A stretch of 64,000 nucleotides of DNA from Haplodiscus bocki (lineage: Eukaryota): contig OZ296656.1 of NCBI GenBank assembly GCA_965655095.1, positions 32,798,001-32,862,000 of the forward strand, read 5' to 3'. Below, one piece after another: positions 1-13,632 of this stretch. How positions within the stretch are numbered: the first letter of the stretch is position 1; the number at the start of each line of letters is the position of its first letter. Position numbers and translations under genes: made by a program. The notes under the pieces were generated by a model. The model had not been told where the DNA came from. It did not search any database and saw nothing but the letters and a program-made list of their open reading frames with translations.

Positions 1-3000
1 TCACAATGGTTTTTTTGGCAATTAATTGCATTCAGTGTTTGTGTGAAAGAAACGTGGGGAACTTTTTTATTCATTGAAAATTAAGTTTGAATACACATTT
101 GGCAAGTTGTGAGGAAAAGATTCCTCTGCATGGCACTATATAAGACTTAAAATCAATAAATTTCTTCACAGATGATTAAAAATAGCTCGATTTTCAAGTT
201 TATTTGTGCAAAAAACCCATCGAAAAATTTTCCCACTCAACGAGAACTTTGTTGGTGATGGCACTGGGTCGCCATATTGAACCTGTCCAATTTTCATCTC
301 ATCTGGAGGCCTATATACGAAAGGAAAACGCCTTCTAGTCAAATGTAGTCGATGTAGCAAAAGTAGATCGAATTTAAAATTTCGTTTGCAAAAAGAACCA
401 TCGAAAAAATGTTGCGCCGCAACCTAACTTTTGTTGGCGATACATTATTCTTGCTGTCAAATTTTTGCCAAACGCTGATGAATCCGTCAAATAGGTCAGA
501 ACATATTGAGTTTTGAAGAAAAGGTTCGACTTGAAAGCGGAACGGAATTTTTTCAAAAATTGCGTGTGAATTTTCTAGAATTTGGGTCTAAAGGGTTTTC
601 GGTCCGCTTCCGCAATGCTCGCCTAAAAGTGCCCACGGCGAGAGAAGGATTTCCCCCATTTTGAAATATGGCGGAAAATGACTGTGAAATTGTAAAAAGC
701 GAGAATTTTTTTGTCCTTTTCTGAAATCAATCTGGCAAATAGATAACGAACATCCAGTGAATTGACTCGTGTATGGATTTTTGGAACATTTCTTGATTTA
801 GTGGAAGAAGTCTCTTGCGTTCCAAAGATTTCATTTCGCGGATGAAGAACAAGTTTCTACGGGACCTGAATTTAATGGTGGCGCCAGAATCTATAACCCA
901 AAGTTGAGTAACCTTCGGTCGGGATTCTAGGTTTTCCAAAAACTCAGAAAGTAGCATTAGTAACCGCTTTAATGTATTCCGTGTATCGGTGCTACCAAAA
1001 CCGTGTATTGCGATCCGAAATGTACCGATATCAGTACAGTGTGTAATTCAAGTTGCGAAGAGTAGTAACATTGTGCTAAATGTGAAAAAGCTTCATGGAA
1101 AAAGTCTCTCTCATCTTTAAAGAAATGATCAAAAGCAAACTTCAACTGGATGCATTTTGGAAGGTACTACTATTTTCAGCAACGATAATTCATCTTACCT
1201 GGTCCTTTTAACCTGAAAAATCGGAGGATCTTTTTTTAGTGGGCGTACCTTAACCGTGTTTCCCATTTAATGTTAATGGAACTTTCAAAAGGTGAAGGTA
1301 GCAACCAAACAAATATGAGTCTTTTGAAGTGATTGGGAGAGACAAAGTACATCGGAATTAGGCGGCTTAAGCATTGCTAATTGGAGGTTTACAAAATCAG
1401 TGAGGTCCTTTAAATTTTACAATTCTCTTCCCTGATCAACTCTTAATTCCGCCATCCTATGCAGCTCTGAGTCTCCTTTGATTTTGAACTGAAGGATTGT
1501 TTTTGAGCTTGAAAATTGTTTTAGGTGTGACAAGTTTCTATCCAAACCTGATGCGTTTTCGGAGATACATTCTTTTTGACGGATAGATGTGTTGTTGTTC
1601 AAGCTTTACATAAGCATTTCCTAAATTAAATTTAGTCGTACCACGACCGAAAAATAAATGCATTCAAGTTAAATTTTTGTGCATCGCAACGAATTTTGAT
1701 GAATTTGTATTTAATCGCATAAATTCAAAAAGGTGCTCATAGCACTTCTTTTTTTAACGGGCTCTGAGCGAAATTTTTTGACCAATGAAATAGTCCAAAC
1801 TTTGGAGCAACGTGTGAGAAATTCCAGAAATTCTGTGCCAACTTATTTGAAGATGATGTGTTTTTTACTTTCCATGGACAATTGCTTTGTTCCCGGATGT
1901 CCTCATTTTCTCTAGGAAGGGTTGTAAAACTTCCAGGTTTTCAACATTATAACATGTTTTTATTTTGAAAAATCCTGTTTTTGAATCAAATATTTTTTAT
2001 TCCAGTGAAACAAAGGGTACGAACAAACTACATTTTACGGTCTACGAAACCATGGAATGAAGAATGTTTTTTGAAGGTTTCTAATTTCCAAGACAAACAT
2101 GAAAAAAAATGAGTGGGTGACGAGCTCGCACTTGAGTTTTATCATGTTAGCTTAACTATTCTGAACTTTAACTAGAAAGTGTTGAAAGAGTTTGTAACAA
2201 ACTTTCCATGGGCTTCAGTTGAACTGGCGTTTATGATCAGAAACAAAAAGTGTTAACAGTAAAGCTCCTCCGACTTTTATCAAAGTTTAGTCAACAATTG
2301 TCTAGTATCCTAGTTACATATAAGTAACCTATATCAGTTCAAAATTTGATCATCAATTTAAGTGTCGGATTGTGCGACACAATTTGCAGTTTGTTGTCGA
2401 CGTTGTAAACCTTTTTTTTTCATGTTGTCATTTGGTTTATGGACAGAAAAAATGTCTGGAATTTCGCTTTCATTACTGTGCGACAAGATCGCTCAACCGG
2501 AGAACGTGCGAAAAGAAAACGTGACTTGGTCAATTTTGTTAATTCTATGCGTGTCAACTTTTAATGCTCTCTTAACCAAGGCTGATACTGCCTGAAATGG
2601 TGCTGAGACGACTATGAATGGATTTAATTAGGAAGTTATCCACCGGGACATAAAAGCTCTTCAATGGTGAATATTGTGTCGTCATCCTCAGAAAAAGATA
2701 ACCACAAGAACATTAGCATACCATGGTCTATGAAGCACCTTCTCGTATATCTTGGATGCTACACCGTTACTTCTTGTTTCCTCGTGGGGGAGGGGGGAAT
2801 TTCGGTCGTGTCGGGTTTGAAACATCTTCACTACTTATTCCGCTGCGCGAAGAAACGGAAATCGAAAAAGGGAAGAAAGCTCGATGGCTAGACGTACATA
2901 GAGTTATCCCCGACCAATATTTTCTTGGGGAAACAAAAAGAAGGCAATGAAATGATGAAATTTGAGAAACGGAAAAAATGAAACGGAGAAGTGATTATTG

Positions 3001-3954
3001 TTCTGCATTATTTAAAATTTAAATGTATGCCTTTCTTGCCTTTATATTCACCGTTTCCCACATAAAAGCTCGTTTCGTGACGCCAGCGGCCGCGGGAAAA
3101 TCTTGCCCGTAGAAATCTCCCAACACCAAAGAACTTACCGTAACATTTGAAATTATTCAACCTTTATTATTGAATTAATTTCATTTTTTTCATGCTAATG
3201 TATCAAAATATTAAATGGTCCAGAATGCTAATTTATTTTTCAGCACTTGTTTTGTGCTGTTAATTGATAACTTGGATTACAAGTTAGGATATACTTTCAT
3301 TAGAAAAATTGTGTTGTGTTTCCGCTACATACATTTCAACACACACTTGGTTTGAAACGTCAGGCCGTGCGAAGTTGTTCTTCCTAATTTGTTTACCTGT
3401 AAAAATTCCAAGCCGATTATGTACAATGTTGAGTGGTGTTAGGTACTAAAGAGAACCGTTTCAATTATTCTTAATTGGCAATGTGCTTCAACCGGGCTTG
3501 TTTATTCGCCAGCTTAAGAATACGTCATTAGGCTTCAGACATCATTCTCCAAAATAAGTTCATTCTGTATGTTCACACAACCACTGTGTAAGTAATTTCT
3601 CCTTGTTTTTTCAAATATTTAATACGGTTTGGCTCTTTTCATAGTGTGGACCGCCATTTAAATGGAGAGCTCATCGGATAGTTTTCTTGATAACTCTTAG
3701 TTTTATCACATGTCACGGTGATCGTTATAGTTGCCATGATACTGGTACTGGTACTCAACAAGCCGAGAATGACCAAGTCGGTGGTACCCGTTAGGCTCAA
3801 AATACTTTTTGTACCCTTCGTGGTGCAAAAAATTGGCTGTTTTTTAGGAAATTGTTAGGTATATGCAACGGTTATCACGAAAAAGTTTTGGACTACTCAC
3901 AGCGGAGGTATCACAAAAATTTCCTGGATTGCCCTTACCGGAAAATTTTGTATA

Positions 3955-4738
3955 CAGTAGTGATTTTAATAAATGCGACAATTTTAATGCATAAGTCAAT
4001 TCTAAGCACGAATAACTTCGTGAATAATCATTTTGGACAAAAGTACCAGAAACAAAATATTCTTGGAATTTTTAGGAGATTATAATGGTGTTTGTTTGAA
4101 AAATTTCCAACGATAAGAGCAAAAACTAGAAAGCGTTTTTAGCCAAAATTTTCATTCTTTTGAGAATTTCTTAACTTTAAAAAAATTGATGATTGGGATT
4201 TTACTTCATCAATAGATACCTCTGATGTTTCCTTGACAGCTGATATCAGCTGCCGGTGGAAAAGTTTTCAAATACTATTCTAAAATTCATCTTGAATCTA
4301 TTAAATTTGAAAATCAATACATTAAAATAGGATGTTAAAATTATACTTTTACACTTTGCAATTTCTTCTGAAAATTCAAAGTTGTGAAAAAAGTGTTGAA
4401 GATGAAAAATCTGGGTAACAACCAAGACTAACAAATTATGCAATTGGTTTCTTGCTATCTTGCATCATTGTCAAGATCTATTACGAAAACTGCCAAAATT
4501 AGCCATTATTCGCAATGTTTGCTTGTATAGTTTATTTACTCAACTTTGGGACGCGATTTTCTACCCTTTTGAAGTATTTGTTTTGGCAAATAAAACAGCC
4601 GTGTCGTAGCCCTTTTGATGAGTTTTCTCAGAGTACCTTTGTTTACTCTGATCTCCTGTTATTTATATTTACTTCTCCAATTAGGATTTTGTAAAGCGTA
4701 TCGAAATTGCTTAGTCGCGTTAAATAAAATCACAACTG
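3955..4738 (-). mobile_element. Tc1/mariner-type MITE, copy 1 (~784 bp), opposite orientation to copies 2 and 3
   Basis: Left end TA|CAGTAGTGATTTTAATAAATGCGAC; right end GTCGCGTTAAATAAAATCACAACTG|TT (imperfect TIR). TA target and CAGT start. No coding capacity. Body is the reverse complement of 4841-5605. Strand label is relative only. Confidence 0.85.
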
Positions 4739-4840
4739 TTTTGCTGAGAACGTATCGTAGAAGTTTTTGTGATCTGCTTTTGCGGAAAATTTTTGTCTAT
4801 GCTTTCCTATTTTTTGAAGGTTTTTCCTGTACAGGATATA

Positions 4841-5605
4841 CAGTAGTGATTTTAATTAATGCGACTAAGCACTTTTGATACGATTCACAAAATCCTAAGT
4901 GGAGAAGTAATTAATAGGAGATCAGAGTAAACAAAGGTACTCTGAGAAAGCTGGCTACCACATGACTATTTTATTTGCCAAAACAAGTACTTCAAAAAGG
5001 TAGAAAATCGCGCCCCAAAAGTGAGTAAATAAACTATGCAAGCATTGCGAATATTGACTACTTTTGGCAACTTTCGTGAAAAATCTTGACACAGACGCAG
5101 AATAGCAAGAAACAAATTACATAATTTGTTAGTCTGGGTTGTTCCCCAGATTTTTCATCTTTAACACTTTTTTCACAACTTTGAATTTTCAGAAGAAATT
5201 ACAAAGTGTAAAAGTATAATTTTAACATCCTATTTTAATATATTGATTTTCAAATTTAATAGATTCAAGATGAATTTTAGAATAGTATTTGAAAACTTTT
5301 CCACCGGCAGCTGATATCAGCTGTCAAGGAAACATCAGAGGTATCTATTGATGAAGTAAAATCCCAATCATCAATTTTTTTAAAGTTAAGAAATTCTCAA
5401 AAGAATGAAAATTTTGGCTAAAAACGCTTTCTAGTTTTTGCTCTTATCGTTGGAAATTTTTCAAACAAACACCATTATAATCTCCTCAAAATTCCAAGAA
5501 TATTTTGTTTCTGGTACTTTTGTCCAAAATGATTATTCCCGAAGTTATTCGTGCTTGAATTTGACTTATGCATTAAAGTTGTCGCATTAATCAAAATCAC
5601 TACTG
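4841..5605 (+). mobile_element. Tc1/mariner-type MITE, copy 2 (~765 bp)
   Basis: TA|CAGTAGTGATTTTAATTAATGCGAC ... GTCGCATTAATCAAAATCACTACTG|TA: ~25-bp TIRs with TA on both sides. Confidence 0.9.
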
Positions 5606-6414
5606 TAGTGCTGGGTGAAGTATGGCTGAAGCAGTGTCTGTGGTACGAGTTAATAGGGCGTCATATACAGAGTGAGATCTGTCATCATAAAAACCAAGCT
5701 TTGCTGTAATAGGGCTTATTTGATTCAAACTAAAAGTGGTATTTGTACATAGCGAACAAGCTTTAAAAACTGAAGCTCTTTCTGCAAATTGACATTTCGA
5801 AGATTTGTGATTCTTTTGCCAAAATCGCCATTGCCCATACTTTGAGTTCTGACGTATAGATAACATGCCCGGCTACTTCTGGAAAAGTTTCCCTTTACAC
5901 ATTGTGGCTGAAAGAAAGATTTGCGTATTGAACCGACTGACGCCGTTTATATTCCGTTCAAAACTTCATTTTTCGACGTCATCCGAGTGTAATCTTCTAG
6001 TGTAAACGGTCTCTTTTTGGCAGCTAATTGTTCATTTTCGCGTTGTTTACTGTGCACGCTGCTTAAAAACAAAGGGCAGGACGTAGCACTCGTCAAGAGT
6101 CGATATGAACGATCGAATACTAGAACCCTTTTGGTGGCGAGCATTTGACATCATGTTATTTATAGTAACCATTTCTTTGAGTTTTTGTCTCGTGCAATCA
6201 AAATTGAACATACTATTAGTAGTAGGAGTGCTTGTCAACATCGTTTTGTTGATTTTGCGAAATTGGCAATTTTTGTGTAAAAAGATCTGAATGTTGAATG
6301 AATGATTTTTGTTCTGTATATGAAATGTGGGAGGAAAATGACAATTGGCTAGTTAACAGCTAATTGATGGAAGGAGAATTGGGTACTAGTAAATGTATCG
6401 GTACATTGTGGTAC

Positions 6415-7036
6415 GTACTCTGGCTACCGTAATTAAAATCTTAGACGCTAGCATCGTGCTGCGATAGGGGAACTACGTATTGGGAAAAAGAAGGGATCGA
6501 TACATATTTTTGCGTATTACTCTGATAATTTTTGCGTAAATAACTGAAATTTAAAACTAGTGCCCTAAAGAAAAGTTTCACCCATATTCCAATGATGTTT
6601 GTTTGAAACTTCTACGATTAATATTGATTCCAGGTTTGTTGGTTTTCATAGGCAGTGTAAACATTAGGGAGCTACCAACGTTTAAGTGCATTTAGTAGGT
6701 GCCGGGAATCTTGCGATTAAATGAAATGTAAAGATAATCAGAGTTTGAGGCACTCAGATATTGAAAAATTGAAATGCAAAACGAGACTTGTTATCTCATT
6801 ATTTGTAGACTTTTTATCTCATTATTTGTAAACACAAAATCTCCAAGCAGCTTTAATATTAATCCTAGAATTTTGAACAAAAATTATTTTAAATAGGATA
6901 TTACATTTGATTTTCAGGTATGTTAAAGCATTACGCAAAAATATGTATGGTTCCATTCTTTATTTCTTATGCGGGGTTCCCTTCTTTTATCGCAGTAGTG
7001 CAATGGTGGCAACAATTCACCTGGTAGCAAAGAGTG
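6415..7036. mobile_element. Old foldback/MITE-like element with ~100-bp degenerate terminal inverted repeats
   Basis: 6415-6520 (tactctggctacc...ctgcgatagggg...atacatatttttgcgta) aligns to the reverse complement of 6930-7036 (tacgcaaaaatatgtat...tatcgcag...ggtagcaaagagt). No TSD resolved. Confidence 0.5.
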
Positions 7037-7949
7037 TAAAACTTTTGTGATGGATGTGGATGTGGAGAGTTCTTTATGGTCAATTTTAGTTCTGGTACAT
7101 CAGTATAAACAATCGAAACGTAAGGCTTGGAAATGGAATGGAAAACGTGAATTTTAGTTCAGTTATTCGCTAGGCGAGTAAAGTATTTTGTGTTTGTCTT
7201 TGAATCCTGAATATATGATTGTTTTTGGAATTCTGCGAAAGACTATAGAACAGTCTAATTATAAACTAATTTCCTGACTCTTATAGCTCAGTCTCAAACT
7301 GAATAAAAACATCTAGATCCAGAAGTAGCATTAAAATCATTTATCAACAATAAGCAAGGGAAGTGCGTCAGAGCAAAACACGCCAACAGTTTATTTCTGA
7401 GCCAGTCTCGAGAGAACATCAATTCAGGAGCTGTTTTGTGGCAAATGCGGTTCTCGATGAAGCGAGGAATCTTGCGGTTTAAGTTATTCTGGGACGAAGC
7501 TTCAATTAAATTGCCCCAAAAATAATTTTCTTGAACTTTCAAACTGGAATGAAAACAAGACATCCTGCGCACTTTCACAATTTTTAGTCGGTGCTTCGGT
7601 TATGACTAAAAGCCGGCTATATTACTATTATTTTTTTTAAATGACAAGAGCTCGCCCTGTATAGGACCTTCTTTTACTAACCTTGCATATTTCTGCCCAT
7701 TCTCCCCTCAGACTAAGCACCAGACATATTTTCATTAGTGTTCCGAACAACTTGATAAGTTTTTTGGCAGGGGCAGATATCAAAACTTTGTTGAACAGTT
7801 TCAAAAATTTTGGAAAAGTTAATTGCAAAAATTTTCGTGTTACCCCCATATGTGCAATTGCAATTAAACTTGTTTTACATAATTGCATTGAAACAAGTTT
7901 TTAGTTTGGCACAAACTATCACTAAATTCACCTCAAAGAGCGATTTATA

Positions 7950-8640
7950 GTATTTTCCACTTTTTCGGGTATGTTTTGCCCTCGAGATCATGTTTCTAGT
8001 TATTAATCCGTAGTAAATCTACTTAAAAATACAATTTGTCAAAAATTTGCTGCTTCTTGAAAACTTATGCAACAACAAGGTTTTTCGTGTTTTCAGAGAT
8101 GCAAGTTGAACTAAATGTGCAATTTTTTGGGCTATTTTCGCCTTTTACCTTCGTATAAACTTCGGTGCTCAATTCATACTGTAACTTCGATGTTGAACTA
8201 CATTTTTTAAAAAATTCACCGAAATATGAAATTTTTTCAAAAGTAAGACTTTTTTGTGAAGTCTTTTCCATGTTTTGCAAATCAACTAACTTCACATTTT
8301 TTCGGCAGATTTCCGACTTTTTGCCCTTCGAACCAACTTTCTTGATACTGCTCCTTCATCTATCGATGTCAAATTATAATTTATGGTAAACTGCTTAATT
8401 TCGCAGTAATTAAAACTTATTCCATGTTTTAAAGGTGGTAAAATTAACTAACTTCGTGTTTTTCGGGTGATTTCCGATTTTTCGCTCCAAAACTCAGCTT
8501 TTTTGAAGTTATCGCGGAATGTTTTGATAAGGAGTTACATTTTTTAGTTTTGCTGAAATATCTACTCACTGGAAAATTCCTACATGTTTTGGTGGAGTTG
8601 AAATCAGCTGACATTCAGTTTTTGGGATTTTTGCTGCTTG
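7950..8640. repeat. Degenerate tandem array, ~155-165-bp unit, about 4-5 copies
   Basis: Recurring catgtttt...aatyaactaacttc...tttcggnngatttccga at ~8268, ~8421 and ~8581, with weaker copies at ~8090 and ~7950. Confidence 0.55.
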
Positions 8641-8669
8641 GCACACCAAAAGCACTTTCTAGCTGCTTG

Positions 8670-8895
8670 TTACAGTTGCGCAAACAAGTGTTATATCACA
8701 GACTTCTGCGTATTTTTCTGCTCTGTTCACATATCGCATTTGCTCCTACATTTTGATCGAAAAGAAGGGAGTGTCCTAGGCTCGAACCTAGTATCTTTCT
8801 CGCCACAGTCGCTTGCTGTACTGACAGTGCCATTGCCGCTTTCGAATCAGTATTTCCAAATTAAAATATCAAGCGAATGAAATATTTTTGCGTTT
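8670..8895 (-). mobile_element. Dispersed repeat with a tRNA-derived (possibly His-like) SINE-type head
   Basis: Minus strand reads TGGCACTGTCAGTAC (A-box-like)...GCGACTGTGGC...CTAGGTTCGAGCCTAG (B-box in a T-arm stem). Homologous copy at 27056-27283. Confidence 0.65.
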
Positions 8896-10012
8896 CTTGT
8901 ATGCCGTTTTTGCGAGTGTTGCGATATACAGCTTGGCCTCTATTCAAACTAAGCTGATGCAAAGATATACTTTTCCTCATTTTCGGAAGTTTTGAACTGC
9001 TTTCAAACAAGGATATTGTGGGTTGCAATTCCCGGAAATGCAATAGTATTGGTCCTGGGTCATTGGTTTTCTTTTACTGTGGACCATACTTTTTTTCCTT
9101 TGTGTGAAAAAGCGAGATATATAGGAAAAATCTACATCTAATTTGAACATGAATGAGGTTGTAAGGAAACGCCGTTTTTTGAAAAACCGATCTTGTGTTC
9201 TTTTTCGTTACTAACTGAAATATCAGTGAAATTAAAAGAATTTTGGACTCCTTTGCTCAGATATTCGAGCCCCGTTGGGGCCTATTTTTACATTAATGGG
9301 AGTTCTCAAAGAACGCCGAGAATATTGGAGCCGAAGCGAAGAATCAAAATTAATTTGCTATATATTATTATAGCTTTGTATTTCACGTATACGATTAAAA
9401 AAATAATTTAGTTTGCTCCGCTCGAAGCTCGTTTCATGTTTTTTTCCTAATTATTGAAAACTACTAGAAAGATTTAAAAAGAATGCGAGAAGTTCAAAAT
9501 TTCGACCCCTAATAATTCGGTTTCATACTGGCAACTTACGAAATATTATCATCCAAATCGATTACGGCACCATTTGTCGAAATAATAGCAAGAAGACTGA
9601 CCTTCCCACTGGGATGCTTGTGTCCCACATGCCTGCCATAGAGCAGATCTCAGTCAAAACAGCACACCTAATTGATTTACTTCATATTAAAATCTTCAAA
9701 TTTGACTGAAAAGTGTAATGAATGAGAAGATGGGTACCGACCGTAATTCATCCTGTTCGAGCTGTTGCGTCTAGAATTGAACTTTGCTTCACTTCCGGCT
9801 TCTAAATGGAGTGAAGCAAGTATGCTTGAATTCGTTGAAATATAATGGCCTCCATCAAGGATAACTGTTTCAATTGTTCATACCAAGTTGTCAGGCCAAA
9901 TGAATTGGTGGGCGAGAAACAATTGGAATTAGGCTGAGTCTCTGACTCTAAATGAAATGTCTAATAATAATTAAGAACGTGTCCAGATTCATAATGAGAA
10001 ATCTTCGCATTT

Positions 10013-10362
10013 AAATTTGCGCAAACAAGTATTGTACCACAGGTTTCTGATTTTTTCCCATCCGTTCAAAACTCGCATTTGTGCCTACATTCTAATGTTG
10101 CGTAGATTTTGTTCATGCGCTCTCACTTGCAAAAATTTGTTCATGCACTCTCGCGCAGTTGCAAAAAATTTGCTTACGTGGCCTATTTCCTAGCGGGTGC
10201 ACAATGCTTGTATATTGCAGTTCGTACTTATTACACTTCTACATATGTTTATAAGAATTAATGAGTTAATTAAATTTCGTTTTCATTGTTTAATCAGTAG
10301 TTTTCGTTGTAACGTGGCGACTCCAAAAATCAGTGATACTTGTTCGATTTGTTCACTAGTGT
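10013..10362 (+). repeat. Dispersed repeat, homologous to 28604-28975; first ~85 bp also shared with 8670 and 27056
   Basis: Shared blocks tttgcgcaaacaagt..cacag, tcgcatttgtgcctac, gcaaaaatttgtt, gttaattaaatttc, taatcagtag, cgtggc, atacttgtt..gatttg..actagt. Confidence 0.7.
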
Positions 10363-13167
10363 TCCGTTGGGTCAATCAAGTGTTGCAAAGCCTCTGTGTT
10401 TCATGACTTTTCTGATGCTTTGATCAAATTTCTGGTGAACAAGCGAGTACCTTCGCTTATCTTTACGCTTAATCGGAACATTTCCTGTATTGACTTCTGA
10501 TTTTTCTTCGATCTCTCGATTTTTCCTATTATTGCTGCTAAAATCAATTCCATATTGAGTGAATCATGCAACTTTTTTCGTTTGAGACTAAGCACAGCTT
10601 TCAGCCTACATACCCGTTGAGTCTGTATAACATTTTTGACAAATTCTGACTGAGAGGAAACCGGCTTATGTTGTTTTTATCCTGTCCGAAACTTGCATTT
10701 TTTGAAGTCACTAGAGAGTCTAACGGTGTAAAGAAAACTATCAAAAACAACCTTTTTGAGACATTTAGCAGGTAATTATTTATTTTCGCGTTGTAGAAAG
10801 TGCTAATTTGTAAATATATGGTCTGAAAAAAATGAACAACAGCCGCCTAAAAAGTTTTTTTTTACTTATCAATGTCTTATAAATATAAGTAAATACATCT
10901 TAAACACTGTTGGTGGTATGTATATTTTCCGCCTTGTTTACTGTTCAAATCTTGCACAAAAAAACATTAAGCTGCAAAATGGCAATTCTAAAAAGGCATG
11001 TCTGACTGATTAAATGTTTGAGGAAGAGGCACTGTGACAGGTACTTCGACTTTTTAGAGCAAACTTTCGATTGACAGCCAGTGTAGTAATTCTAAAAGTG
11101 TCAATCAGATCTGATTTTATGTTTTCAAACGTCTCTCAGGACCTTTGATGTGTAATTCTCATTTTTGATCTCTACCTACAAGTCAGATTGTGTTGCGAAG
11201 GTCTACTACGCCTCTGTGTAAATGGTTGCAAAATGTTTCCCAACGAGGAACACACACTTTAATATTGGCAAGTGAAAATGAAATTTTATCAGATTTTGGC
11301 TAGTGTAGTTCCACTCTGACTAATGCGAAATAATTTTCGAGAAATAGTTAGAAAGGAAGAGACAAATGGTCTATAAATGGTGTGTATTGCTTGTGAAGAT
11401 ATTAGGTTCCAAAAGATTTCAACAAACACCCTGTCTTTGCTTACGGAGATATGTCACTCTTTTCTGTATTTGTTTCCACGAGTTCAGCAGTTGATTTAGT
11501 TCAGTTTTGCTTTTCAATTTTTATTAATTTTCAAGCGCCGAAGTGGTCACGATATTATAGAAGCATTCAACTCCAGTTTTTTAGGCATTGATCCATTGAT
11601 TTTACTCTCTTGTTTTCTTCGCAACTCTCGCTCACAATGACGTTGCGCGGAACAGGCCAATTTTCAAAGCGAGTAAAAGTGATACCGTTTATTCTCATTT
11701 TTCGAACTGACCCGATGTGAGTATTTTCCGTTCCAACTAATGTTTTGCTCATCAAGTAAAAACATTCGTTCACTTTCGGGTGGATGCAGCGTAATTAGTT
11801 CACATTCAGTGCTTCTAAGTGATTCAACTGAACTTTTTTTCCAGCTTTTGCATGATTTTTTGCACCCAGTTTAAGTGAAATTGGCTATTTCCCCTTTGAC
11901 TGTGAAGATGCCCCTCACCCACTGATTACACTCAGAAGTTGGCAACTCCCCCACCCCCATCCCCCCCCCCCCCCGTGTTAACACTATCAAAGAACATAGA
12001 CATTTTTTGAGAAATGGCACCCTTTACAAAATATTAACATTGAGAATGATACTTTTTTCAAAGAATAGCTATATTCTTTGTAAACATTTGGGGGGTGCCA
12101 ACTTCTGAGTGTAATCAGTTGGCGAGGGGCATCTTGACAGTATATGAAATGTAAACAAAAACATAGCAGAAAGTACTCAAAACATCGAAAGTTGTGATTC
12201 AAAATCAAACTCCCATCTTAATACAACATATAGATACAAAATCTCGTCGCTTCTATAATAAAGATGTTAGAAGTTTCAAACAAGCACCATTGTAAACTAG
12301 ATAAAATTCTAAGAAACTTTTGTTGCGACCATAAAGTGTGATTTTCAATTGTTTTTAGTATTACGCAAGTATATGTAGCGTTCCAATATTTAGTCACAAA
12401 TAAAAGTTCCATCATTTTCTGACAACTGTATGATCTCACTCAGTATGTATTTTTTAGTCGAACTTTGAATATTTTTAGCCAATCTATTGGCCCTCAAGGC
12501 GTCATTCGGTTTGATTATACTTACTGAAAATGCTTTTTAACCTATCGAAAGTGTTTAACAGGGTCAGTTATTGAATCGCATTCTGGCATAAATTACTGCT
12601 CTGAATCATGGCTACCCTTTCTCCAGATGATTTTCAGTGTAATATAATCAACATATCACCAAACGGAATTGAACTCTAAAGTTATCACCACCGAGGTTGA
12701 TATTGTTCATCAAAGTTGTTTCTTCCATTCGTATTCTGTCACTGCTTCTCAGTTTTACCCGGCGCTTTCGCACCTAGGCGTAATTATTATATTTCTTGAG
12801 AAATAAATACACATTTTGCGCGCTCTGTTGATATTGGAGCTTTATAAATTGGGAAATGGGCGCATTAGTTTTGCCTGATGGGATGTGTACTCATAAATGG
12901 CGTTGTTGCCAATTTGAGAAATGCGACGTCAGTAAGCAAACCAATTACGATGGCAACGCATTTTTAGAGAGTTTTACTGCTGTTTGTAAGCTCAACTCCA
13001 TATTATGGCCATAAAAACGGTGAAAGCAGCGTCGGTAAATGTATAATAGTTTCTAGGTCAGTTTCTCTCCAAGTATTATGGAAGTGTTTAGCAATTAGTG
13101 AAATTGTGTCGGCTTTTCCTCATTCCGTTCTTTTCCTATTTTGTCATTCGCGACTCCTGTCATGGCA

Positions 13168-13632
13168 TGTAACACATACACTAAGTGCTGGTCTTCTTTT
13201 ACAACTAGAAAACCAAGCCACATACCATTTCCCTTCACACACTTTCTGTCCTGTCCTGTCCTATCCCCTCTCTGTCTCTTCCTCCTCTCGCCGTATTCCC
13301 CTATTTCTTTCTCTTCCAACCGTACCGATACACTACTCCTGTTTCTGCTGCAACACTGCGAGGGAGTCCTTGCTTGCTTATAGGTACTTCTTTCTACAAA
13401 TCTACTCTAAGAATTACCGCTCTCGCAATGATTACTCTTGAGCCGCGTCCGTCCACCAACCAACAACTGCTCAATAGAAAGTGCTGAAAGGAAGAGCATA
13501 AGTCGCCGAAACGTTCGCTGTCGTCACGCTAACCGAACACTACTTGGCTTGCCTGTTGTCTGACAACTGCTCTAGATTGATAGACTCCTCTCTATCTCTT
13601 TTCTCCCGTTTGGCACCCGAAATGTTGTCACA
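13168..13632. mobile_element. Possible solo LTR (~465 bp)
   Basis: Starts TGTAACA and ends TGTCACA (TG...CA, near-inverted). CT-rich, GC-richer body. No matching TSD, so tentative. Confidence 0.3.

Noticed and set aside
11947-11974. C-tract as a functional G-quadruplex element
   Set aside because: G/C homopolymer tracts are scattered through this window (e.g. 15859, 15930, 31434, 49644) and there is no independent evidence of function.
13480-13520. Hammerhead ribozyme (ctgaaaggaagagc...cgaaacg)
   Set aside because: No intact CUGANGA core, and stems I and III could not be paired. Other CTGATGA hits (474, 17253, 24563) also lack stem II plus GAAA.
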